From Psammoneis japonica (Eukaryota), in assembly GCA_008632985.1 (NCBI GenBank), contig QPGO01000106.1, forward strand, positions 186,001 to 250,000: 64,000 nucleotides of DNA, read 5' to 3'. Below are positions 20,525 to 33,676 of this stretch, one piece after another. Numbering within the stretch: the stretch's first letter is position 1; every line of letters starts with the position of its first letter. The position numbers and the translations under genes are program-made. The notes under the pieces are model-generated. The model was not told where the DNA came from. It did no database searches and saw nothing but the letters and a program-made list of their open reading frames with translations.

Positions 20525-21035
20525 TGCTTTCCACGATGCTGTCATGGAAAGTGAAGACTTTCCACGATTGCAACGTGGAAAGTCACATGACTTTCCACGA
20601 TGACTTTCCACCTTTCGAGGCTCATGTAAATGCCTGTGCATAAAATGGGGTCACATGAAAAAATTTTGATCTCATTGCAATGCCTTGATGCCCACAAATC
20701 TTGCCATTTTCCAACATGATTTTGGAACAACTGGTTTAAGAGCCGGGCTCGGTCTCGTCAGGAGGCCTTGGTGCACACATCAAGAACTTCGCATGCCTTT
20801 CGAAGACGTTTCACCACGGCATCAAGAAGCAACGACGATGCTTCAAGGCTGTGTGCATGATTGCACAATGCCAGTTGGGTGGAATGTGGCTCACCCCTCT
20901 TTGACATTTAGAGTGTGTGATGTCACATCACAATGTTTCTGGTCATTGACATTTGACAAATGACTTTCCACGATGAGCAGTCACCAATGACTTTCCATGA
21001 CATTCAATGACTTTCCACGATGGACTTTCCATGAT
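20525..21035. repeat. Cluster of GACTTTCCA(C/T)GA(T) motifs in both orientations
   Basis: About ten copies at 20527-20611 and 20961-21034, plus one at about 14353 on the other side of the Gypsy element. Confidence 0.75.
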
Positions 21036-21320
21036 GCGACCACCTTCCATTGAATTGTGGCTGCATTGAACAATCGTTGTGTGCAGCGGCTGAATGTGTT
21101 TGAATTGATTGGGCAGCAAGCATTTTTTCAATGGAAAGTGAGAGGGCAATGTGTGGATTCAGATGTCCTGTTCACGTGACCCCATTGCAGATTCTATGCT
21201 GAGAAGTGCGAGCCTGCCCCAACAGCAATCTTTCGCGATGTAGAGTCACTGCGCAGAAATTGTGCAGGACAGCACCAAGACAAGTCTGTCTGTCTGTCCT
21301 CAGTGAATTTTAACTTTGCG

Positions 21321-21413
21321 AAAAATGGATTTGACTGTTTTCTGATCAGGTGCATTTTTCTTCAACACATTTGCAAAAATGCACCTGACCCGACAACAGT
21401 CAAGTCTGTTTTT
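21321..21413. repeat. Imperfect inverted repeat with 39-bp arms and a 15-nt loop
   Basis: aaaaatggatttgactgttttctgatcaggtgcattttt pairs with aaaaatgcacctgacccgacaacagtcaagtctgttttt. Confidence 0.8.
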
Positions 21414-24400
21414 GCACAAATTGTGTGGACATGACAGTTTCAGCACAAAACCGTGCAGATTCTACAGGCGTCCTCAATCATTTTGTGCTCTCTGCATCAC
21501 GGGTCATTTTCAAAAGATTCCTGTTGAGTGCGACACTCAACGCACTTTCCACACTTTTGCGGCGACTTCCCCGAACAGATTGTTTGGCAACTTTCAGAAG
21601 AAGCAACCCGAAAGTTCTCTGAAAGTTGAAGCAAATGTAACATCACGTGTCTGTGTGCACATGTGACCTTGAAACTCACCAGAATTTTTACATCATCAGA
21701 TTCACCACCACCCGCAAGACTTCTGCAATGCCATGCTGAAGTTCAAGACTAGAGACATGGCACGGAGGAGATGTCGTCTCACAAAAAAGCAGACGCAGCC
21801 ACACAGCTGTCGCAGAAGAGAGCCACCCGCAACAACAGAGCAGCCGTGCAGCATGCCCACTTTGACCCTTGAGGCACCAACCATGAAGGCGCACAGGGCC
21901 CTTCTGCCACAAGTGGAGACAAGCCTGCAATCAAAACATTTGATGTGTTTCAAGACAAAAACAAGACAAGCCATTTCAAGGATTGGAGGAAGGTCATGTG
22001 GATGGATGCCACCTCAGGACACTTGTGATGCACTTCAGCAAGTTCTTGTTGGGTGAGCCCATCCATCGGTGTGACAATCCCTCCAACGGGCTGGCAGGAA
22101 TTGACGGAAAGCAGCAAATTTTTGGAAAGGTCAAAGAAGTGCTAAAGATGAAGTTCCCCAAGCACCCTGACTGGGAAGACAAGGACAAGTGGTGCAAGCC
22201 TCTGTTCAAAGATGTGGCAAAGGCCACTGACAAAGCTGACCTCCTTGGAATGGAGCATTCTGACAAAAGGACTTTGCCCCTGGTTCCAAATGTGTCTTCA
22301 GAGTGTGTTCGAGCCAAGCAGCAAAACACTGTTCTTGCGTCAGATGGAAATTCAATGTTGAGACGTGAGAATGGTGCATTTGCAAATGACATCAAGACCT
22401 TGCTTCTTGCTCTTGTCCAATGATGAACAATGGCCCTCTTCAGCAGCGTTGCTGGATTTTGATGGGTGCTGTGGCTGCTGGACGTGGAGGGGAAGTGAGG
22501 TGTCAATGGCATGACGAATGGTTCTGGGACTCATTTTATGAGAATTTGGAAGCAACGTGGTGCAAGCCAAAGACTGTGGATTTGTGTGGACTCCTCTTCC
22601 CACCAAACAAGAAGTCTCACCCATTTGATCTCTGCCATGCTTTTGCGTGTTTCTGTTCTTGTGAGAAAGGTCTCTGTCATCCAGACAGCATGGAGAAAGA
22701 GCTCCACAAGTGCACTTTTCCAGACTTGTGGAGTGTGAGCAACAAGCATGTTGCCGCTAAGTTGACTGCCATTGTTTGAAACAAGGTCAACCTGGCTCTG
22801 CAGAATGGCTGTTCTTCCAAGAGTCTGTTTGAGTTGGCATGGCTGCATTCTTGAATTTGCATCAAGGAGTGTCAGTTGAAGAAGCGGACGCTCGAGTTAG
22901 ATGGGCACCTGGAGCTGCCAATGGCAAGACATGCAAACAAATTGCACCGCGGCTCAGCAGCAAATGCAACGATGGGCTGGGATGACACTGCCGGCAAAAA
23001 AATTGCACCAAACTTGGAGTGCCTTGGCAGCCATGCACAAGATGGCCAAAGCAAAACATGTGTCAAGTTGTTGTGTGTTGCAGTGCAAACAGAAGCTTGT
23101 GCTGCAGAGATGTCTGTTTCAAATTTGGTGCCATGCAACTGCTGTGCGTCCAATTGTTTTGGTTGAAGCAAGTGTGCTTTTCTCTCTGATGACTCCACAA
23201 TGTGCCAATCATCATGATGCAAGCAGACCAAGGTAAAATGCATGCGCAGCAAAAAAAAGTGTGTGTTTCAAATTTGATTTGGTGCAACGACCAGTCAATT
23301 TGGATGAGCAAGATGAAAGTGCTTTTCTCGCCAACAACTCTAGAACTTGTCTTCATCATGACACAAGCAGGCCAAAGTAAAATGCAGCTGGGCAAAGCAA
23401 AATGCACATCAAGTGATCAGGCACCACAGCATGTTCACAGAACCATCTGTTTCTGTCTCAAATTTCATTCAATGCAATGACTGCACCTCCAGCAGATTTG
23501 GACAAAGCAGGCACCTTTTTCACTGACAACTCTGATGCTTGCCAATCATCTTGATGCAACACTGTGTTTGAGCTGTCCAAAACAAACTTGCAGAGATTGT
23601 CAACATCTCCTGCATCCTTGAGACTCTTCCCAGGAAAAGCAAATTCAATCCAAGCCTTCAACAAGACACTGTCACGGAACTTTGGTGCTGAATCCAGTCT
23701 GGATCGGCAGAGATCTGATGCTGCACTTGCAAAGTCTTTCTCATCAGCTTGGTTTAGATTGCAAATGTCTCCATTCCACCCATGCTTTGGTCTTGACTTT
23801 GGCGCTGGCTTTCCAACAACATCAAATTCAGCCGAAGATCCGGTGCATGAAAGTGGGGGCATGTCCGAGACAGAGAATTTGGGCGATCAGATCTTTTGAG
23901 GATGCCCTTGTTTCTTCTTCCTTGATGGTTCACCTTTGCCAGCACTGCCAAATCTTGATGATGCTGGCAGGTTTGGAGCAATGGCCACACTCTCAAAGTC
24001 TTTTCCAGCTTTGTCTTCGCTTGCACTGTCTCTGCAGCTGTTGCGGCATTGGCAGTTCTTCCCTCAAAACTTTGCTTCTCAACCATTCTGCCATCCATTG
24101 CACTTTGGGCATTCAGGAAACTTCTCTGCAGCATCCTCCACAATGCAGTGGGAGAAAAGGCCTTCCGTGTGAGGACTCGCGTGCGATGGCAACATGTTTC
24201 CATTGCCCATTGCGCGAGCTTTCGTGCTTCGATTGATTTTTGATTTTTTTCAAATTTCAAGACAACTCAATGAGCAATTTGTTGATGCACGACTTAACGC
24301 ACTCTCACAATTCACAGCCAAGATTCAACAGATGAACTTTTTTCCTCTGCGCGCCCCCTCCGTTTCCCAACTTTCAGCCAAAAGTTGGAGCACTTCGCGC

Positions 24401-26169
24401 TCCAAAAGGGGGCAACTTTTCCCAAAAGTTTGCACTGCGCTTGAAAGCTCAATTTTTCTGGGCATTTTTCTACCTGGTGTGGGCAGCAGGTTTTGATTAA
24501 CTCAACTTGAGTGAAGCAAGAGAGTCAGCTTGCAAAAGCAACCCAGGCATTCAAGTGAGGAGAACTGACAACTGCACAAGCACCCACCACCAAAGGTGTC
24601 TCCTCTCAAGGACAAGGAACAACATTTGAAGCAAAGTGCAACATGCAGACAAGGAGCTTGTGCAGAAACAGAGTGTCTGGCCACAGCACCGGTGGCTGCA
24701 ACAAAAGGCAAAGCAAGAAGCCAGAGCAGGAGCAAGAGCCGGTGCAGAGAGGAGAGTGGTGTGTGCTGTGCACTGAAGAGCTGGGTGGAAGGGGTGAAAA
24801 AAATGCCAAAAAGGAAAAATTGTGAGACTGTTTTGGGCACCAAAAGCAAGCAGTTGAGAGATGCTCTGCAGTGTGTCATGTGACTTGGCAAGAGAGCTCA
24901 TTGGAGATGACGCAGCAGCTGAAAGTGTGTCAAAAGAGTTTTTATGAATGTGATGGGCCATTTTCGTGCCCCATGTTTGTGGCCAATTTGTGGCTCTCAA
25001 TGTTCAAATTTGGCACTGGCAAGTGCATTGTGCACGCAAAACAAGGTGTTGCAAGCATTGCAACAGCTTTGTTGTCATTGCAGCGACTGCTTTGCACAAT
25101 GGAATTGACATTGTCATCTCTTGTGTCATTTGCCAAAACAGCAAATCATTTTCTGTCTGCGGCACATTTTGCCTGCCTCAATTGAGGCAGTTTTTGCTGC
25201 CTCAATTGAGGAAAAAACCCAGCAGACTGGACACTGGCCAGCTGCTGGTGCAGTGGAATGGGGGGGGGTGAATGTTGGTTGTGATGCCAGCCAATCGCAC
25301 ACTGAAAATTGGCTCTTGCACTTGCCCGTGTGATGAAGGTGCTCCACAAAAAGTTGGCTCCATTTTGAAGTGCCAGATGCCATGAACAACACACACCTGT
25401 TGCACTCTTGCAAGACATTGGTTTGAAGAGCAGGACACCAACAATGCTCACATCTTGGGCACTTTGTGAGACTTCCAAAAAATTTGAGTCGAGCGGGTCA
25501 CACGGGATTCATGACTCATGACTCGGAGCATGCAGGGGACCCTTTCTCAACACCAAGACAGACAACAACATCACAACAGAGCATTTTTGTGGCAACACTT
25601 TGCTTTTTAATTTGTCTTTGACCATGTGACAACTGCATTTGACCTCTTTCATGCAACAAATTGGCAAAACAATCCATGAACACTCATTTGCAAGCCACAC
25701 TTTTCTGTTTTGAGATTTGACATTTGTGTCTTTGCGATGAATCTAGAGCAGATGCGAGCCAGGGAGGAGCTCTGTTCACTGCCATTTGTCATTGTGACAC
25801 AGAGCAACAGAGCAAGAATGACTTTGTCAACACTGTCAGACTGTGGATTGTCCACAGCCAGTCAAATGCCAGCCATCGGCCTTTCCTGGAAAGCCGCAGC
25901 TTGCCAACCTGAACAGTCTAATTTCAGTGAAAAATGGCAGTTTGTCAAATGCAACTGCCACACCAAATGCAACAACTGGCATTTGAAGGTTGACAAGTGC
26001 AGTTCATGCACAGGTCCAACAGCCCTGATGAGGGTTGGTCATGCTCACAAGTGTTTGGGGGTGCTCAGAGGCATTGAAAAGCAGCGCGAGTGAAGTGCAG
26101 ATAAATTGACAATCACAAGCCATTGAAAAAAACACTGCTGAATGATGATCCATCCTCAAGGCCTGGGTG

Positions 26170-26985
26170 GGTCTCACAGCCGTCAACAACAATGGTTTGA
26201 TGTTGTGTGTTGGGCAATCAGCCAGGACCTGGAAAAAGCAGATTGGGCGACAATTTTTTACCTCCTTCATGGAACAAAGGGCAACAACAAGAAATGTGTG
26301 CTTGGCACTGGGTTGCAACATTTTGTCACAAACAAGGCTCAGATCAACTGACAAGAATGGGTTCTTGAAAAAGAGGATCCTCGGTTGTCAATCATTCCTG
26401 TCCCAAGCATTGGGAAATGTGTTGGTTGGAAATTGGATTGAAGGACATTAAAAACACTGCTGTTTTCGATGCTGATGCTGAAGGAATTGATCTGAAAAAG
26501 GCCCTGTTTTCCCTGAAAGAGTGTGTTTTTGCAACAACGCAGGCACTCATCAACTGCAAGCCACCCCAGGTGCCCAAGAATGCACTTGAAGATAAAGAGA
26601 AGACTGTGAACAAAGCAGCAGGCTTGCAACGGAAATGCATTGAGAGCTTTGTGTGCTGCTGTCAATTCGCTTGGAGCAGGATCAATTCTGGCACCCAAGG
26701 AAGGAAACACTGGGCCTGGACAACTGTGTCAGGCTTTTTGCAAGATTTTCTTTAGCAGCAAAGAAAGCAAAGAGAATTGCCTGCATCAAGCTCTCAACCC
26801 CATGCTGCTCCTTGCCCATGCCGCTGTTGTTTGGTCAGGAGCCAGGCAGAAGATTTGTCTTTGAGCTTCTGCTGTTGCCCAGGATGGTTGCAGTGTCTCA
26901 AAGAAGGTGATCAAAGCACTTGAACTAGAATGCTTGTCAAAGCTGAAGCAAGAAAGGGAAACCACCAGACTGGATCTTCAATGCT
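26170..26985 (+). repeat. Dispersed repeat family A copy
   Basis: Aligns with 30570-31400 and 2540-2885. Relic coding text LKDIKN....A.GI.LKKAL..LKECVF and P.PMLLLA.AAVVWS.RQKICL is shared. Confidence 0.85.
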
Positions 26986-28027
26986 CAAAGATTTTGAAAA
27001 CACACCTGCCTGTCCTTTGCAGCTCTTGAGATGTTAAAGAATTGTGCAGAAGAAAAATTTAAAGTTGTTGGACAGAGGATCACCCAACAATTGAGCTGCA
27101 AAATGATGCAAAACATCACCAAATTCACACAGAAACACACAAGAGCAACATGCGGTGCAGTCCAAAAAACTGTTGATGTCACAGCTCAGCAGCGCACACC
27201 AGCGCGAGGTCCCACCCAGAGCTGGAACGCATCTTGGGCATCCTTCACATGACCCAAATGTGAGAAAAGAGCAACTGGGAGGATCAGCAAGAATTCCATG
27301 TTTTGGTCATCATGTCCATCAACTTGGGCTGTCATGGATGAATTCTGCAGCATGACAGAAAGCCAGCAAAATGGTGTGAGAAGTGCAGATGAAGAGCAAA
27401 TGTGAGATGAGCTCTTGCAAGAACCAGAGCCCATTCCAAAGCACTGCAAAACAAGACACAAAAAATTCTCTTTCCTGCTCCACTTGCTCTCTGGCTTGGG
27501 GGGACAATGCACTTGTTTGGGCCTGATGAACATCACAAAAAATTGCAACAAAACAATTGTGCGATTTGTGATGCCAAGTGCTGGCATCAACAAGGGAGAA
27601 ACAATGGCATGTGCAGGTGGGGTGCAGCACAAAATCATGATTGTGTTTCTCCAGGACCACACTGCTGTCTCTCTCTTGAGATTGTGAGCATGCGTGTTTT
27701 GATGAAGAAGATTAACTTCAGCTGTGGTGTGCTCCTGTGCAAGATGCAAAGAATTTTTTTGTGTCTCCTCTTTTGCACCACCACCAACACGAGGGACATG
27801 TTCTTTTTTGCCAAGACACCCAGAGTTTCATGATGAACCTCTCCACTGTCAGTGTGACTTGCCAGGTGCAGCTCACGAGTGTCAATGACTGTGATCCTGC
27901 TGCCACAGGCTGCGTTGGAGCAAGGTGTTTCAAGTTGAAAAAAGGCAAAAATTCAAGTGGGCCATCGTGATGAGTGCGCAGCATGCACTGATGGAGAAAC
28001 TGGAGATGAGCGGGCATCACTCGGCTT

Positions 28028-28850
28028 TTGCAAACAGCCACAACAGCATCTCCACCATCCACTGAGTCTTTTCACAATGATCTTTCCCAGCATTGTCACT
28101 TGGTTTGTAAAGATTGGGAGGAAACAATTGAAAAGAGTGGAGCTGTGCTTGACCAATTCATGCAGCAAGAGTGGCAAGGTTGCGCCCGTGCAATTTGGGA
28201 CGCTGGCTGCAGCGTCAGACCACAGACGATTGGCTTGGCAAAGAATGACAGTTGTGATGAGATTTGTGCTTCTGACCTGTCACCCATGGCAGCAGAACAT
28301 TGTTGCAAGGAAATCAAGTCTTGTGGATTGCTTGCAGACAACAACAACAACAACAAGAAAATGATGAACCTTTCCGTGTTTGTGGCGGATTTGCGGCACT
28401 GGCAGAATCATCATTTGCAGGCGGATCTTGTGTTGGCCTGGGACAATGTTTTGCCACACTTGATGGATGAAACCTGTCTTGAACAAGCACTCAAGGCATG
28501 CTTTGCTTGCACTTGTCCCGGCGGCAGTTGTCTTTTTTTGGTGCGCGACTGTGAAAAGGAAAAACTGCAAAAATGAAATGACCATGTCGATTGTGGGACA
28601 CAGAGCTGTGGGACTCCAGTTTGCCAAACACAACAATGGCGCAGTGACAATGATTGCCAATCTCTGGATTTTCATTTTGTTGACAAAGAAGAGGGCCACA
28701 TGCATGTTGTCAAAGGCAGGGAATGCCGTGCTTGTTGGGGGATTGCCTGCTTGCAAAGCTGAGAAATGCTGGGTGCAAAAACGTTCATCGTGCGGATGCA
28801 CCCTTTGCCCAGCCTGCATTGGTTGGTCACTGCCCACAAAAAAAAGCTGC
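28028..28850 (+). pseudogene. Class I SAM-dependent methyltransferase (glycine/sarcosine N-MTase-like), hypermutated relic
   Basis: ESFHNDLSQHCHLVCKDWEETI (from FY..L..YYHL.Y.DW); IWDAGCSV.PQTIGLA (motif I); ASDLSP; VADLR; DLVLAWDNVLPHL; PGGSCLFLVRDC; C-terminal AGCKNVHRAD.PF.QPALVG in another frame. Confidence 0.75.
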
Positions 28851-30089
28851 CATGCCATTGCTGTTTGTTGTGCCGTGTTTTTTGAAATGTGTGACAAAGG
28901 ATGCTGCCAAGATCAGCAAAGGAACAGCTGATGAAAAACATGCAGAAGAAATGGAGTGATGTGGGAGACTTGGGTTTTGCTTGCTGCTGCTCAAACTTGT
29001 TGCCAGATCCTCCACAGTCTAAAAGACAGAGCTGTTTGACCATTTCAACCAAGTTGGTGAGGTTCATCAACCCGCCGGCAGGCAACACAACAGAAGCCAA
29101 TGCATGACAGACCAACAACTTTGTTGAGGACAATCAAGAAGGTCTTCATCTTTTGGAGCCAATTCTCCACAGCATTGTCATGTTGGTTTTCAGTCTTGAA
29201 TTGTTTGTCCACTGTGCAGTTCATGGAGATGAGGGCAGCCATGCTTCCTCATTGCTTTCAATGGAACAGCAACTGCAGCATCGCAAGCACACTGTCCCAG
29301 GAATGCAACCCATGCTGCGTTCCACAGCATTTCTCCATTGAGTTCCTCACGTCATGCTGACCATTGCCCCCTCTTCAGCAACCACACCTTCCTTGTTCTT
29401 TTGGAGGAAGCACGGGAATTTTTCCCGCATCAAAACAACCAGGTTGTTGTGCGGTGCATCGTGTTTTTGATGGTTTCATGCAACAATGCAACAGGAGACC
29501 ATGCCATCTAAAAAGCATTGCAAGCCAACTTTGACAGAGCACTCATGTCATTTCTGGACAGGGTGACTTGTCAATGTGAGCAAGAGTTCACCAACCAGAG
29601 GCCATGCAAACAACCCCAAATGATGTGGCAGTGAATGGATCTAAAGGCATGTGGAATGCCCGAACCAGGCAACAACAGCTTGCCCACACAAGCAAGGTCA
29701 AATTGGTCTCCAAATGCTGCAAAAAGAAATGGGAAAACACGGCAAAAATGGACACAGATGTCAGTCACGCAAAGCAGGCCATTGCCATGATTGCTTTCTT
29801 TTTTGGTTGTCTTTGCCACTGCTGTGAGACCCAGGCCTCAAGTGACTTCAAACTGGCAAGGCAGGCATGCTCTGGATGAGCGTGCAGACCATCACCATGG
29901 TGACACCGCAGGGAAATTGATCAAATCTCTCACCGACGAGATGGTGACAATTGCACTGCTTCAGCGGGTGTCTAAAACCATCATTGCTTTCTGGACATTT
30001 GCAACAATCACTCTGTCAGACTCCATGTGTTGTGCCATTGTAAAAGTCCAGTTGGAGACAAGCATTTTGGCAAGATTTTTCAAAACATG

Positions 30090-32050
30090 CCATTTGGCTT
30101 GTCTGTGAGGGTGTCCACAATTCCGATGATTCTGCGCGCACCTCGCGCATCGCTGCTGCTCACTCTCAGCAGCTCCGCTGAACAAATTGCAAAAACGATC
30201 AACACCCCTGAGAGCACTCCACTGCAGCAGATGGTCAGCATCATGAACAATGATGATGGAAGCACCAGCAAGCAAAAGGACCAAGCAAATGTGTTCAAAA
30301 GAAACAAAGCACCAAATTGCATGGCCAAGGGTGGCAGCACAGGAGTGCAAGCATTCTTAGAAATGAAAAGAGTCATGGCAACACATGCTTCCATTGTGTC
30401 ATCCAACAGCAAAGAATGTTTGTCAGACACAAAGAAAAAGATTTGAGGTGCAGATGTCTTTTCTGGACCTCTCTCAGAGCAGGCCAAAGACAGCGAGGTT
30501 GCCTGTCTCCTCCCCAATGCCACAAAACATGTGCTGTTGAATGGCACAATGTTGTGCATTGAGTGATTGGCCAGGACCAAGAAGAACAAGCAGATTGGGC
30601 AACTCAATTTTTTGCCTCCTTCATGGAACAAAGGGCAACGACAAAACACGTGTGTTTGGCACTGGGCTGCAACATTTTGTTGCAAACAAGACTTGGATCA
30701 TTGGACAAGAAGAATCGGTTTTTGAAAAAGAGGGCTCTCAGGCATTGATCATTCCCATCCCAAGCATTGGGGAATGTGTCAATTTGAATGGCAGGAATTG
30801 TGTGGCTGTTCTGTTGGTTGGTGCTGACAAGAATGGGAAAAGTGCCAATCATGGGCCATTGGTGACATCAGATTGAAGGACATTAAAAACATTGCCAATC
30901 TTTGACACCACAATGCCAAAGGAATCAATCTGAAAAAGGCACTTCTTTTCCCTGAAAGAGTGTGTTTTTGCACTGAAGCAGGCATGCATCAACAACTGCA
31001 AGTGCCACTCCAGGTGCCTGGGAATGCAGCTGAGGACAAAGAGAAGACCATGAAGGAAGCAGCAGGCTTGCAACAGAAATGCATTGAGAGCTTTTGTGCT
31101 GCTGTCGATTTGCTTGGTGCAGGATCAATTCTGGCACCAAAGAAAGGAAAGACTGGGCCCACCTGTTTGCAAGATTTTCTTTGGCAACAAAGACAGCAAA
31201 GAGAGTTGCATGCATCCTGTTCCTGACACCATGCTGCTCCTTGCACGTGCTGCTGTTGTTTGGTCAGCCAGGCAGAAGATTTGTCTTCGAGCTTCTGCTG
31301 TTGCCCAGGACAATCACAGTGTCTCAAAGCAGGGTGACAATGCACTTCAACCAGAGCACTTGTCAAAGCCAAAGCAAGAAAAAGAAATCACCAGACTGGA
31401 TCTGACTGTTGAACACAAAGGTTTGCAAAATTTGACATCAAAACGTCCTCTGTTTCTTTGGAGAGCAGTTCATTTCCTCCAGTGCTGAATTTTTTGCAGG
31501 CTTCAATGTGGTTTCCACAGCTGTTGATTCACGTTGCTGTCAAACTCAGATGAAACCTGATGACCAAAGCACCCCAATGCCAAAGTCCAGGTGTGAACAC
31601 ATGCTCATCAACTGGAGCACTGGCATGGCATGCAATGTCCATCACAGCTTTCAAATGACTCCACGCTCTCTCTTGAAAGCACTTCTGAGGACCAAGCTCA
31701 AAACCAAATTCTGCAATCTGTCAAACTCCAGCAGAGCATGCACTGGCACCCTGTCATGAGCATGCCATGCTTGGACATGTTGAACATGGACAAAAAGCTT
31801 CCTGCTTGTGGTCACTCATCGCCAGAAATGGCCAAAGCTGAGGATGATGAGAAATTGGTTCTCAGATGCAAGACAAGCTTGATCTCATTGCAATGAAAAA
31901 AATTGGATGAAAAAGTCAAGCCAGTGTTTTGTTGATCAAAAAGATCTTGGCTTCCTTGGTTTGAGTTCAAGTGTCCCTCCCACAAACCTGTTGACTGATC
32001 CTGATGGGTCCAGCAAATCACTTTGAAAGAAATTAACAAAATGCTCAGAA
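30090..32050 (+). repeat. Longest copy of repeat family A, containing the empty site of the Copia insertion
   Basis: aagtccaggtgtgaacacatgctc at about 31583-31606 joins the two flanks seen at 3060-3076 and 6911-6918. Confidence 0.85.
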
Positions 32051-32352
32051 AATCTGCTGGAAATTGTTTTGCACCCCAGCCATGCAACAACTAACCTGCT
32101 CATCAAACATGCAGCAAAACAAATGGCTCCAAGGTGATGAGCAATGGCCCACTTGGTGTTCAAAATGTGCTTCTCTTCTTGCCTCCTTTTTCGTGCTTGT
32201 GGAAATTTGAACATTTGTTTGAGACCATTGGAAAAAGCTCCTGTGTTGCGGCTGCTGCTGTTTTGGCTGCTCTTTGACACAACAGCTCATCTGCACTGAA
32301 TTTTAAATGTCATGGCACCATTTGTGTGGGGGGTCAAACTGTTGTGTCTGGC

Positions 32353-32358
<6 letters not shown>

Positions 32359-32389
<31 letters not shown>
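32359..32389. repeat. (AG)15 microsatellite
   Basis: Directly visible. Confidence 0.95.
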
Positions 32390-32394
<5 letters not shown>

Positions 32395-33676
32395 CTTCAA
32401 TGAGGTTTGTGTGTGCTTGGCTTGCTCAAGTTGCAGCTGGAGGATGTTGGAGAGCGGTGGGCAGGTCCCAACAATGTCGGTGTTATGTTGTCACCCAAGC
32501 TCTCAAAAATGTCATCAAGTCCTTGAAACACAATGGCCAACAGATCTGGGCAGACTCCCCCATGATGCAAAAGTGTTGTGATGTGCAGTGTGTTGCTCCA
32601 GTGGCTGTTGTGTCTTGAGACTTGAAAAGAACTGGCTGGAACCTCCAACAAACACAACCCTCCAATCTGGACTCCAAAGCTCCCCCAGGAATTGACAGCA
32701 TGTGTTTGCAAAAGTCAAGCATGGCTCCTTGACCTTGCCCCATGTGACCCCATTGCAGCACAGAATCCCCAAAGAATCCATCTGTCCATCTGTGTCTCCC
32801 CCCTGCCCTGACCCCAAATGGACCAGAGACAGATGGGTGAGACAAAGTTGGGGTTTGGGGCTGACCACTTTCAAAATGACCAAATTCGCAAGCAGTTTTT
32901 GTGTGCAAAATAAAGTGCAATGACTTTTGCATGGTTTGGGGTTTCACAAAAATTGCTTTTTTTGCTGATGTGAAACATTCCAAATTTTGTGTTGCCTCAG
33001 TCATTTTTGGGTTGGGATGCCATTGACTCCTGGCCAATCGACTGGCCATTTTTTTGTTTGGAGGTCATTTGTGTTGAACATTTGAGTGCCAGTTGCTTTT
33101 GTCTTTTTTTCATGCCCTCAATCTGTGCATGGTGACATGGCCCTTTTTTCCGTTGAGATGATGGATGCAGTGATTTTGTGCTTTTTGCGTGCTCGCTCGC
33201 TTTCAAACCGGAGATTGTGGGTGCAAACAACTCACTCAACACCCTTGTTTCTGCACCTGACAAGGACAATCACATGATGCAAGCCTGGGTTGTTGACAAA
33301 TTGTCAATTAAAAGTCATTGTCTTGTGGCTGCAATCTTTAGTTGCAAATGCCTTGCACAGTCATTTGCAGCACCAGAGGAGCCTGACAGCCTTCTTGGAA
33401 CCCTCTCTTGTGCTCCTGAAGTGACCAAGGAACTCACTCAATGCCAATGGCATGCCCTTTGTTTTCCTGCCATCAAACTTCTTCCTGAGACAAAGCCCCC
33501 ATCGCTGTCATCACTCTGGACAGAACCACATGAACCCAGCTGTCTCTGCAGTCAAAGTTGTTGTTGGACAACAGCCAGGCTCTCCATTTTGTTCCTCCCC
33601 TCTGGAGCTTGTGCGCAGTTGCTGTGTTGTTGCACAAAATGAGAGCTGGGTCAATTGCTTCCTTCAACTGATTCTT

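Noticed and set aside
25173..25210. Palindrome ctgcctcaattgaggcag, partly repeated
   Set aside because: Short, inside degraded sequence, with no supporting context.
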